Source: Alkalispirochaeta sp.
Lineage (GTDB): Bacteria; Spirochaetota; Spirochaetia; DSM-27196; Alkalispirochaetaceae
DNA: 64,000 bases
Assembly (NCBI GenBank): GCA_040904425.1
Contig: JBBDTM010000076.1
Coordinates: forward strand, 21,190 to 85,189
Direction of reading: 5' to 3'
The position numbers were made by a program, and so were the translations under genes. The notes under the pieces are model-generated. The model was not told the origin of the DNA, ran no database searches, and saw only the letters and a program-made list of their open reading frames with translations. Within the stretch, counting starts at the first letter, position 1. Every line of letters begins with the position of its first letter. Positions 38,183 through 46,875 of this stretch are shown here, in pieces.

Positions 38183-38252
38183 ATCCAGACCTCCTTTGTC
38201 GAAAGCCGAAGGGTAGCGAAAAGCCCTTCATCTGTCCATTGCGCGTTCGGGC

Positions 38253-38283
38253 AAAAAAAACCCGCCGTCTGCGTGACGGCGGG
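38253..38283 (-). terminator. Rho-independent terminator after proW
   Basis: Minus strand CCCGCCGTC-ACGCA-GACGGCGGG followed by 8 T. Confidence 0.88.
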
Positions 38284-38315
38284 CGTGATGAGCGGCCGAA
38301 GGCCGCCAAGTTTGA

Positions 38316-39161
38316 CTACTGCTTCTGAGTGTTATCGCCGAGGGCTTGGGTGACGCGGTCAAGGAAAATTGCCAGAATAACGATCGCAATTCCACTTTCG
38401 AAACCGACATCGATTCTCAACTGCGTGATTCCTCGGAGCACCTCGTTTCCGAGGCCACCGGCACCAATCATTCCCGCGATGACCACCATAGAAAGCGCCA
38501 ACATAATCGTCTGGTTGACACCGGCCATGATCGTACCAAGCGCAACGGGAAGCTCGGCCTTAAGCAGCATCTGTCGATTGGTTGCGCCGAAAGACAGAGC
38601 CGCTTCTTTGATCTCTTTGGGCACCTGGCGAATACCTAAGTTGGTAAGACGCACCGCCGGCGGCAGCGAAAAGATCAGCGTTGCGATAACGCCGGGAACC
38701 GCACCCAACCGGAAGAACAGAACCGCCGGAATCAGATATACGAACGCCGGCAGCGTCTGCATAAAGTCCAGAATTGGTCTGACCACGTTCCAGACCACGT
38801 CGTTCTTGGACGCCCAGATTCCGATCGGAATTCCAATAAGAAGCGAAATCAGGACAGAGGTAATCACTAGTGAAAGCGTGCTCATGGTAAGCGTCCACAG
38901 ACCCATATACCAGATGAGCGTAAACCCGATGAGGGTGAAGATTCCAACTCCGCGAGAAGCTATCCACCACGCCAGCGCTGCAAACAGCAGGATCATTACC
39001 GGCTCCGGCAGGAAGTTGAATCCCGCTCGAATACCGGAGAGCACCGTATCTACCGTCTCCGTGACACCGGAAAAGAACCATCTGAGATTAGTTTGAAGCC
39101 AATCAACGATCGCCTCAAACCCTCCACCGATATCCACGTATTGTCGAATCGTATCCATCAT
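38316..39161 (-). CDS. proW: Glycine betaine/proline ABC transporter permease
   Basis: GIPIGIW, PILDFMQTLPAFVYLIP, VRLTNLGIRQVP, GVNQTIMLALSMVVIA.MIGAGGLG. Confidence 0.93.
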   Translation of the reverse strand: MMDTIRQYVDIGGGFEAIVDWLQTNLRWFFSGVTETVDTVLSGIRAGFNFLPEPVMILLFAALAWWIASRGVGIFTLIGFTLIWYMGLWTLTMSTLSLVITSVLISLLIGIPIGIWASKNDVVWNVVRPILDFMQTLPAFVYLIPAVLFFRLGAVPGVIATLIFSLPPAVRLTNLGIRQVPKEIKEAALSFGATNRQMLLKAELPVALGTIMAGVNQTIMLALSMVVIAGMIGAGGLGNEVLRGITQLRIDVGFESGIAIVILAIFLDRVTQALGDNTQKQ

Positions 39162-40414
39162 TGTTCTGTGCCCTCCCTATCGGACAGCTCTTCGTGTAGC
39201 TGCTGCAACGGAATCGGGCTTTCCGAATGATCGGTTCCCTTATTGACCTCCGCCATAATAGATGCCCTGCTCACTGCACCGCGAAACACACCGTCATCGT
39301 CCACCAGCGCAATCGGGTACCGCGTATGGATCGCGGTGGAAAGCAAGTCTGAAATCGACGTCGTCGGAGAGCTGGTGTAGATATCATCGATGATGATCGA
39401 CGAAATGTCTCTCTCACCCTTCTTCTGCAACGCGATCGCGTCATCAATGGTGACGATCCCCTTCAGGAGGCGGTCATTGTCCACCACGAACACCGAGGAT
39501 GTATTCTGTTTTTCCATTGCTCGCAACGCAGCTTGCAGGTCTTCACGGGGATAGGTGATAGCTGCGGCGTGAGCCATGATTGCGCTGGCCGTGATCACCT
39601 TTGTCCGATCTACGTTCTGCACGAAGTCTCTTACGTAATCATCGGCGGGTTCAGAGAGGATTTGCTCGGGAGAACCCAACTGGCGCACCCGTCCGTCGGG
39701 CCCGAGAATAGCGATCCGATCACCGATCTTCAGTGCTTCGTCCAAGTCGTGGGTAATAAAGACGATCGTCTTGTGCATCCGAGCCTGAAGCTCAAGAAGT
39801 TCATCCTGCATCTGAGTCCGAATAAGCGGATCCAAGGCGCTGAACGCCTCGTCCATCAGAAGTACTTCCGGATCGTTTGCCAGGGCGCGGGCGAGCCCGA
39901 CACGCTGCTGCATACCACCGCTAAGTTCCGAAGTCATGCTTCGTTCGTAGCCATCCAGGCCGACAAGCTGAATTGCATCCAGCGCTTTTTGATGACGTTC
40001 TTCTTTGTCCATGCCTCCGATTTCGAGGCCGAACTCTACGTTGTTCACAACGTTTCGGTGGGGCAGGAGTCCAAAGTTCTGGAAGACCATGGACATCTTG
40101 TACCGCCGAAACTCGCGAAGCTTCTCGTCATCCAGTTTCATCACGTCTGAGCCGTCGATAATGATCTCACCGTACGTAGGTTCGATGAGGCGATTGAGGC
40201 ACCGAATAAACGTTGACTTGCCGCTTCCTGAAAGCCCCATGACGACAAAGGTCTCTTTCTTTTCGACGTTGAACGTGGCCCCGTTAATCGCCACGGTACA
40301 ACCGGTTCGCTTGAGGATATCCGCCTTGGAGATCCCCTCTTTGATCATGGGAATCGCCCGTTTCGGGTTTGCCCCAAAGATCTTATACAGGTCTCTAACT
40401 TCTATTAATGACAT
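39158..40414 (-). CDS. proV: Glycine betaine/proline ABC transporter ATP-binding protein with CBS pair
   Basis: GLSGSGKST, LSGGMQQRVGLARAL, MDEAFSALDPLIR, THDLDEA; start ATG 40414. Confidence 0.93.
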   Translation of the reverse strand: MSLIEVRDLYKIFGANPKRAIPMIKEGISKADILKRTGCTVAINGATFNVEKKETFVVMGLSGSGKSTFIRCLNRLIEPTYGEIIIDGSDVMKLDDEKLREFRRYKMSMVFQNFGLLPHRNVVNNVEFGLEIGGMDKEERHQKALDAIQLVGLDGYERSMTSELSGGMQQRVGLARALANDPEVLLMDEAFSALDPLIRTQMQDELLELQARMHKTIVFITHDLDEALKIGDRIAILGPDGRVRQLGSPEQILSEPADDYVRDFVQNVDRTKVITASAIMAHAAAITYPREDLQAALRAMEKQNTSSVFVVDNDRLLKGIVTIDDAIALQKKGERDISSIIIDDIYTSSPTTSISDLLSTAIHTRYPIALVDDDGVFRGAVSRASIMAEVNKGTDHSESPIPLQQLHEELSDREGTEQ

Positions 40415-40527
40415 AATTCTTTCTTTCTTCTGTCCTACAGGCAATAGATGAGCGGGCGTCGTCGGAAGGGGAAAACATCACAAGCTGCGCATCTGTTCAA
40501 CGACCGACCCCACCACAACGGGAAAGT

Positions 40528-40575
40528 GGCAGGCAGGCCAACGGCCTGTCTGCCGTTTTCGAGCTCTAGAGCTCG
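40528..40575. terminator. Paired stem-loops between proX and proV
   Basis: GGCAGGCAGGCC-AAC-GGCCTGTCTGCC (40528-54) and perfect palindrome CGAGCTCTAGAGCTCG (40560-75). Confidence 0.5.
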
Positions 40576-40580
40576 GTTGG

Positions 40581-41489
40581 TTACATGGAAGGAACCCAGT
40601 CCGACCAGATGTCCGTGTTCTCGTTTTTCCATTCACGCGCGGCGTCGAGCGTATCCATATCCGACTCGGCGATGTGCACCATGAGAGCACCCATCTCGGC
40701 AGTGTTCATGCTCATGTTGCCCAAGAACTCCGCGAGCTCCGGCTTTTCCGATTTAAGACCGGTCCGTCCGAGAATGTGGATGTTATCCAAACCCCAGACT
40801 TCCTCTTCATCCTGCTCCAGAATCGCAAGATCGTAATATCCGAACATCGAGTGCGGCTGCCAGCCGAGAACGACAATCCACTCTTCGTTTTGGTAGGCAG
40901 CTTCAAGAGCGGCCATCATCGCGGGACCGGAAGACGGAACTAACTCGTACCCAGCCTCGTTCAGATCGTACGCGGGCATCGCCTCTTCCTCGGTGGTGAT
41001 CATAAGACCGGCGCCGGCGTCGATTCCGGTGATTTGCCCGTCAAGCTTTTCAACTACTTCCTCATCGCGTAGGTCGGAGAGGGCTTCAACGCCCGCGTCC
41101 ACCATGTACTGAGGAACCACGAGGCCGCTCACCGCGTCCTCATAGATCACGCCTAGATCAACAAGCGAATCACCGAGCTCATCAATGTATGACGCGTGCA
41201 AACCGGGAAGCCACGCTTCCATGTACGCATCCATGTCACCGGTAGCTACCGCCTGATAGGCAGGGCCCACGTCGGCAGCGACCGTTTCGACCTCGTAACC
41301 CATCTCATCTTCGAGAATGGCCTGGGCAAGGTGAGTATAGGCAACGCCCTCTTCCCAGTTTACGTAAGTCAGGCGAGCGGTCTTCTCCGCGCCACCGGAG
41401 GCGTCTTCCCCTTGACCGTTGGCAAATGCCATCGGCGCCAGCAGGGCGAGCGCCATCATTCCAATTAATAAACGTCGTACGTTATGCAT
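40581..41489 (-). CDS. proX: Glycine betaine ABC transporter substrate-binding protein
   Basis: YVNWEEG, AWLP..H..Y, ITGIDAGAG, SSGPAM, GWQPH; start ATG 41489 with GAGGAGG SD. Confidence 0.9.
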   Translation of the reverse strand: MHNVRRLLIGMMALALLAPMAFANGQGEDASGGAEKTARLTYVNWEEGVAYTHLAQAILEDEMGYEVETVAADVGPAYQAVATGDMDAYMEAWLPGLHASYIDELGDSLVDLGVIYEDAVSGLVVPQYMVDAGVEALSDLRDEEVVEKLDGQITGIDAGAGLMITTEEEAMPAYDLNEAGYELVPSSGPAMMAALEAAYQNEEWIVVLGWQPHSMFGYYDLAILEQDEEEVWGLDNIHILGRTGLKSEKPELAEFLGNMSMNTAEMGALMVHIAESDMDTLDAAREWKNENTDIWSDWVPSM

Positions 41490-41563
41490 GAATCCTCCTC
41501 TTAGGTGTGTAAGCACCCAAATACTTATACTCGAACCGGGCAATACGCCTCGGCTGACGAGCA

Positions 41564-41622
41564 GATTGCGCATGCACGCAATCATTAATCAACACGGTAA
41601 GGAATTTCCCACGGACCGTCAA
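41564..41622 (-). promoter_or_regulatory. proX promoter and downstream inverted repeat (candidate operator)
   Basis: Minus strand TTGACG(41622-17)-17 nt-TACCGT(41599-94); GATTGCG-N6-CGCAATC at 41564-41583. Confidence 0.5.
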
Positions 41623-41890
41623 CAACTATGTTGCACTCTATGTACTTTTCAGCCCGCAATTTCTTGAAAGAGCTTTATAAACGAAATATATTGGTATATA
41701 TAACCCAATTCTCTGCAATTCTAAGCAACCAACACTTGCCTGTTCAGACCAACGTACAGTTCTCGAAGCAAGAGAACGTACTGTTTAAGCTGCACTCTAA
41801 AGAATCGTACACGTTCAAAACACGACCCGACAAGTGAGGAATCTCACATGCTCTCTGGTATCGAACACGAGATTATGGTATGAACCGCCT

Positions 41891-42484
41891 ATGCGTGTAG
41901 CATGTTTGGACCTTGAAGGAGTACTAATACCGGAGATCTGGCAGGCGGTCGCCGCCAGCACCGGAATTGCCGAGTTGAACCTTACGACGCGGGATATTCC
42001 CGACTATCATGAATTGATGCACCGGCGGCTGCACCTGCTCGAGATCCACGACATCACCATCGATCAGATAACCTCGGTGATCGCAACCCTCAGCCCCCTC
42101 CCGGGAGCATCCGAATTCATGAGAGAGCTCAGAACCCAAGCCCAGGTCATTATTCTCTCCGATACGTACCAGGAGTTCGCGGCGCCTCTCATGGCTCAGC
42201 TCGACTGGCCCACATTGTTCTGCAACAACCTCTCCATCGACGGGGACGGACGAATCCGCGACTATCACCTACGGCAAGAACAGGGCAAGCTCCACGCCGT
42301 GCGGGCGTTCCAGAGCATGAATCTCATCGTCTATGCCGCGGGAGACTCGTACAACGATCTCACGATGATCCTCGAGGCCGATGCCGGCGCCTTTTTCAGG
42401 CCTCCTTCTTCTATCGTTGAGGAGAATCCCGAGGTTCCGGTGGTGACGGAGTATGACGGACTTCTGGAGTTTCTTGTCTCGTAG
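41891..42484 (+). CDS. thrH: Phosphoserine phosphatase / homoserine phosphotransferase (HAD family)
   Basis: CLDLEGVLIPEIW, TTRDIPDY..LM..RL, ILSDT, WPTLFCN, AAGDSYND.TM. Confidence 0.93.
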   Translation: MRVACLDLEGVLIPEIWQAVAASTGIAELNLTTRDIPDYHELMHRRLHLLEIHDITIDQITSVIATLSPLPGASEFMRELRTQAQVIILSDTYQEFAAPLMAQLDWPTLFCNNLSIDGDGRIRDYHLRQEQGKLHAVRAFQSMNLIVYAAGDSYNDLTMILEADAGAFFRPPSSIVEENPEVPVVTEYDGLLEFLVS

Positions 42485-42523
42485 CCGACGGAGTCTATGC
42501 CACGGAGGGGGAGGGCGTTGTGA

Positions 42524-43321
42524 TCAATCTGCGGCCGGATTCTCAGTAGGTGGTGCCCCCATATTGCGTATCTGCATCGCTACCTTGTAGTAGTCAAGCG
42601 CGCCCTCACTGCGCAGGTTGTGCTGAAAGATCGTGTGACCATTTCCCGGGGCCTCCGCCAAGGCGCGATTCTGGCGGATCGGATTGAGCACTACCTCCTC
42701 ACCGAGGCGTCGCCGCAACTCTTCCATCATCTGCTGAGAAAATGCTGCCCCCTGGTCATAGAAGGTGGGGATGATTCCGCGAACGCTGAGCTCCCGATTG
42801 TAGTGCCTTCGGGTCTGCTCCACCAGTTCGATGATCTCGATCATTCCCTCCATGGCAAGGAAGTGTGCCTGCATCGGCACAAACGCCTCAGCCCCAGCGA
42901 TCAGGGAGCCCAGCGTCAACAGCTGAGTAGTAGGGGGGGTATCGAACACGGTGAAGTCGTGACGCTGCATTTCGGGTTCCAACTGCTTTTTCATCCAGAA
43001 CCGCGCCTCCAAACTGTTGGCGTAGCGCCGCTCAAAATCGCTCAATCGCCGCGAAGACGGCAACACCTTGAGCCGCGGCACGTAGGAGTTGCGAAGGACA
43101 TCCGAGACGTGTACCCGCCCTTGTGCCACGTCGCTCACGTCACCGGTGAGTTCGGACTGGGAAATACCCAGCGACATGGTGGCGTGAGCTTGGGGATCGG
43201 TATCAACGAGGAGTACCGAAAACCCCATGTGTGCCAAGGCCGCGGCAATGTTTACGCTGGTGGTGGTCTTTCCGACCCCTCCTTTGCGATTCGTGAAAAC
43301 CAGGCGCCGAGGGCTGCTCAT
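42524..43321 (-). CDS. parA: ParA/Soj-family ATPase (orphan, no parB)
   Basis: NRKGGVGKTTT, LLVDTDPQAHAT, DTPP, LAEAP..G. Confidence 0.88.
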   Translation of the reverse strand: MSSPRRLVFTNRKGGVGKTTTSVNIAAALAHMGFSVLLVDTDPQAHATMSLGISQSELTGDVSDVAQGRVHVSDVLRNSYVPRLKVLPSSRRLSDFERRYANSLEARFWMKKQLEPEMQRHDFTVFDTPPTTQLLTLGSLIAGAEAFVPMQAHFLAMEGMIEIIELVEQTRRHYNRELSVRGIIPTFYDQGAAFSQQMMEELRRRLGEEVVLNPIRQNRALAEAPGNGHTIFQHNLRSEGALDYYKVAMQIRNMGAPPTENPAAD

Positions 43322-45369
43322 ACACGATCTCCTGCAATGATCTGATTAAGAATATGCCGCGTAATCGAGTACAGCGGCGGGACTCCCTCGGATGCGCGCA
43401 GCGGCGCCGCCAGGGTCGCACTCGTTTCCAGCGGTAGGTCCGACACGTAGTACAGGAATCGAAACTGTACCTCGGGACGAATGACGCCGAGCTGCCGGGA
43501 CTCCAGAATCTCACGATAGTAGTGGGTTCCCTCCATCTCAATTCCGATGACGTTCCAGATCTGCCGATAGAAGTTGAGCATCTGGCGATTCTGAAGGAGC
43601 GTACCGTCCACCGTCAGCATCGGACCGTGGTGTACCGCCGCCCCCTCGGGAACGATCTGATCCGGAAGCGGCTGAAAGAGATCACTGTACTGCTCGATGA
43701 ACGCGGTGGGAGCGAGAATATCACCGCGCCCACCCACAAGCGCCCCGGCCTTGCCCAGAAAGTTCACACTCCTGATGTTCTCCCCGTACAGCGTGAGCAG
43801 ACTGCGGATCACATACTCCGCCTGCTCACCGAAGGCGTAGTCTATATTTACCACAAGATCGTCCGCCGCGGTACTTCCGGCAAGAAGCGGTGAAACGCCG
43901 GGATCAATAGAGGTCCCCACCAGACGTGCCAGGTCGATCAGCTGCACCTGGATTCCGGTACTTACCGTCTGGGAAAGGGAGTGGTGCCCCACCGCGACGG
44001 CAGTGTTTCGTGCCTCCTCGGCGGCGTCGGGGTGAGCCACGAAGTAGTCCCGGGCGACGGCATACACCTGATCATGCTGGTACCACCACGTGTCCTGAAC
44101 GGCGGAGTGTTTCACCGATTCCGCCCACTGCAGGATTTCTCGGGCGTGGGTGCGATACCACGGATTCAGGCAGTTACTCACGGAGTGCGTGTTGCTGCTG
44201 ATGATGTGAATTCCGCGCTCAGCGGTGAGCTCGATCGGATCAACCCCGAGGAGCTCCGCGGTTACGCGAGCAACTTCGGAGGTCCACAGCTCACCACGGC
44301 GAGCATGATAGTTCCGTTGTTGTCGCCGAACGTCGATATTGAACATCTCCCGGTGACGAGTGATCTCGGAGATGCGCTGCACGGTGTCATCGGGCCAGAT
44401 CTGTACGAAGGCATCGACTTCGCGGGAGCTGAAGGAGAGCGTGTTCAGAAACGCTCTCCCCCGCTCCGCCGGCGTCATCTCACCGTCGGGGGTGGTGTCG
44501 GAATCGGTCTTCTGGAGATAGGCGTGAATCCTCGGCAAGCTTTCGTCGCGGACGACGCGCTCGCGAATCTTCCGTGCCTCCACCGCATAAAGACAGAGCC
44601 CGGTCACCAGGTCGATCAAATCGGAGTTGCCGGTGCGAAGGAGAACTAGGTCTTTTCCCGGGAGCACTTCCCAGATATCCCGCCGCCGGGCGGCTGTCCG
44701 GACCGGCGGGAAGAGGTGTTCCGATTCCGCCAGGGCCGCCGGCAATTCATCGACCAGCAAAAAGGCAAACGTGTGCGTGACGTTCTCCGGCAGCCGGCGC
44801 ACCGCGTAATGCAGCGCCGCCGTGTCGATCCGGGAACCCTCCGCGACGCCGCGGTGCAGCGCAGGTTGCAGCGCACGGTACATCGGTAGCAGCGCTTCAA
44901 TGCTAATGTGCCCGCGCCCGGCGCTTTGCAGCAAGTCAACCTTGAACCGATCGAACGCCGCGAAAATTCCCTGATTCTCCCGTAGAATCGTCCCGAATCC
45001 CTGGGCGAAGCCCGGTGAAGACTGCAAGGTGCTGCGAAACTGGTCACCGGAAATCGCGTAACACCGGCAATTGCTGCGCGCGCGAACACCGAACATGCGC
45101 GGTTCCTGAAAGATCGCCTCCCATTCACCAAAGAAGTGGTATTCCTGGATCACAGTGACCAGATCGTCATCATCGCGGCTCGGATCAAACACTTCCACAG
45201 TTCCCGACTCTATCAGGTACACCGACTGGTCCAGGTCATTGCGGCGAAAGACCGTTTCTCCCGCGGCAAACTCGTGCAACCGGAATTTCGGCACCAGTGA
45301 ATCCCGTTGGATTCCGCGGAGAAATCGAAATGGGTGCACCCGCCGCAAAAGCTCGATCAACTCCATCAT
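43318..45369 (-). CDS. Cyclic-nucleotide-binding domain fused to DUF6909-like (nucleoside phosphorylase-like) domain
   Basis: Start ATG 45369 or 45366; GETVF...VYLIESG.V...FFGE..AIF..PR (CRP-type cNMP domain); HIISSNTHS, DYAFGEQA, GKAG, GIEMEG, YVSD (recalled DUF6909 pattern). Confidence 0.75.
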   Translation of the reverse strand: MMELIELLRRVHPFRFLRGIQRDSLVPKFRLHEFAAGETVFRRNDLDQSVYLIESGTVEVFDPSRDDDDLVTVIQEYHFFGEWEAIFQEPRMFGVRARSNCRCYAISGDQFRSTLQSSPGFAQGFGTILRENQGIFAAFDRFKVDLLQSAGRGHISIEALLPMYRALQPALHRGVAEGSRIDTAALHYAVRRLPENVTHTFAFLLVDELPAALAESEHLFPPVRTAARRRDIWEVLPGKDLVLLRTGNSDLIDLVTGLCLYAVEARKIRERVVRDESLPRIHAYLQKTDSDTTPDGEMTPAERGRAFLNTLSFSSREVDAFVQIWPDDTVQRISEITRHREMFNIDVRRQQRNYHARRGELWTSEVARVTAELLGVDPIELTAERGIHIISSNTHSVSNCLNPWYRTHAREILQWAESVKHSAVQDTWWYQHDQVYAVARDYFVAHPDAAEEARNTAVAVGHHSLSQTVSTGIQVQLIDLARLVGTSIDPGVSPLLAGSTAADDLVVNIDYAFGEQAEYVIRSLLTLYGENIRSVNFLGKAGALVGGRGDILAPTAFIEQYSDLFQPLPDQIVPEGAAVHHGPMLTVDGTLLQNRQMLNFYRQIWNVIGIEMEGTHYYREILESRQLGVIRPEVQFRFLYYVSDLPLETSATLAAPLRASEGVPPLYSITRHILNQIIAGDRV

Positions 45370-45416
45370 CGCATGGTAGCATGAGGGAGAACTTGTTCGG
45401 AAGAGAGGTACCCGTC

Positions 45417-45926
45417 GTGGATCTGCTTGAGCGCCGCCGTCAACACGCTCTGGATACGCTATCATCGCGCTATGCCCAGGGGCTTCTGGACGACGCAGAA
45501 TTTGAATCCGCGCTCCGGGCAGTACGCACCGCACCATCGGAATCGGAGTTGTCCACCGCTCTGGACCGGTTCGCACCGCGCACGGAAGACCGATCGGCGA
45601 CTGTTCCCGGCCAGACGGTATACGCGATTCTCTCGGAGCGGCGGATGACGGGAAACTGGATTACCCATCGGTATGTCACAGCTACCACGGTCATGGGCGA
45701 AATGACGCTGGATCTGCGAGGTGTGGTCCTCACCGAAGATACTCAACTTCACGTGGTAACAATCATGGGCGAGGTTAAGATTCTCGTACCGCCGGAAATG
45801 TCGGTGGAGAACCATATCTCCGCGTTCCTGGCGGAGCACAATGACACGGTAGGAAACCGCCGCGGACAGGGGCCCACACTTCGCATCACCGGAACGGCAC
45901 TCTTGGCGGAGGTGTCCCTCCGATAG
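45417..45926 (+). CDS. DUF1707 (SHOCT-like) + LiaF/DUF2154-like protein (start approximate)
   Basis: R..ALDTLSSRYAQGLLD..EFE; TTVMGEMTLDLR...TIMGEVKILVPP. Confidence 0.7.
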   Translation: MDLLERRRQHALDTLSSRYAQGLLDDAEFESALRAVRTAPSESELSTALDRFAPRTEDRSATVPGQTVYAILSERRMTGNWITHRYVTATTVMGEMTLDLRGVVLTEDTQLHVVTIMGEVKILVPPEMSVENHISAFLAEHNDTVGNRRGQGPTLRITGTALLAEVSLR

Positions 45927-46875
45927 TCCCGGACGGAAATCGCGACTGCGCCTGAATTCGCCGGATAATGTGCAACGCGTCCTGGTAGCCGAATCCTTCA
46001 CAAAGATCCAGCAGGTTCTGATCTTTGGGGGCTTTTACGCCGAAATCGAATCGACAGATCGGATGTTCCACGAGTCCCTCCACGTCGGTCATGGAAAACC
46101 CGTGTTCCACGAGAAAGGTCGCAAACGACGACGACCGCATCCCCGCAGGACCACCCTCCGGCGTAAGTAGATAGTCCCGCGCATCCAGGAGCTGCTCGAA
46201 GGGACTGTGAGAAATATGCACCGCCCGGGCGATGGGCATTCCTTTCCGCAGTAGGCCGCGTTCTACCAGGGCGCTCTTCATTTGCATCGCCAGCTCGAAG
46301 AAATGAGGATATCCCTCCCGCGTGCGAAACGCCATTACCGCGATATCGGTGGCGGCGTTATTCTTGTGCAGCAGCGCCGGAATGTCGTAGTTCACGACCC
46401 AGATCCCCTGATACTGCTTAATAACCTGTCCGGCGATTCGGGTGACCGCCTGTTCGTCCACCCAGAGACCGAAAAGATCATCCGGGCTCCAGCGAAAGCG
46501 CCGCAGCGCGTCAAAGGCACCGATCACTTTCTTGGGATTGAAGTCGACGCCATAGAACTCTTCGAACTGTTCCTGCATGTCGGAGGAAAACGTAGCTCCC
46601 CCGTGAACCGCAAAAAAAAGCCGTAGGGAATAGTGGCGCTCCACAATCCTGCGACGTGCGATATAGCCTCCGGGGACGTTGGCCATATATACCAGCCGGA
46701 AATCGGAACTCCCCGTCTGGCACTCCTTGATTACCTTCATTACGGTGCTCTCAACCGCTACACCGTTGGTTTCCGGACGCAGGTACACAAATACGTCCAG
46801 CGCGCCCGGGTCGGAGTCGGCACCGACGTAGGGCACGAGAATTGATGGCCTATGTGGTCGCTCTGCCTCCGACAT
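45886..46875 (-). CDS. Hypothetical protein, possible remote nucleoside-diphosphate-kinase-like fold
   Basis: Start ATG 46875 overlapping pheT end; FVYLRPE, ERHY, VHISHSPFE echo NDK IKPD, xxHY and HGSD/HASASPFE motifs. Confidence 0.5.
   Translation of the reverse strand: MSEAERPHRPSILVPYVGADSDPGALDVFVYLRPETNGVAVESTVMKVIKECQTGSSDFRLVYMANVPGGYIARRRIVERHYSLRLFFAVHGGATFSSDMQEQFEEFYGVDFNPKKVIGAFDALRRFRWSPDDLFGLWVDEQAVTRIAGQVIKQYQGIWVVNYDIPALLHKNNAATDIAVMAFRTREGYPHFFELAMQMKSALVERGLLRKGMPIARAVHISHSPFEQLLDARDYLLTPEGGPAGMRSSSFATFLVEHGFSMTDVEGLVEHPICRFDFGVKAPKDQNLLDLCEGFGYQDALHIIRRIQAQSRFPSGTIGGTPPPRVPFR

Noticed and set aside
38195-38235. c-di-GMP-I (GEMM) riboswitch suggested by GAAA/GGTAGC fragments
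   Set aside because: Fragments lie on the non-coding strand and the GCAAAC/GACGCAAAG core is absent.
41490-41640. c-di-AMP (ydaO) riboswitch upstream of proX
   Set aside because: Only a GTCAGC fragment matches; the GGGGAACC and GGGGTGAAT elements are missing.
27938-45369. Calling the cyclase and the cNMP-effector a Pycsar system
   Set aside because: They are 14 kb apart among housekeeping genes, and the cyclase is a HAMP-type membrane sensor; kept only as a hypothesis.
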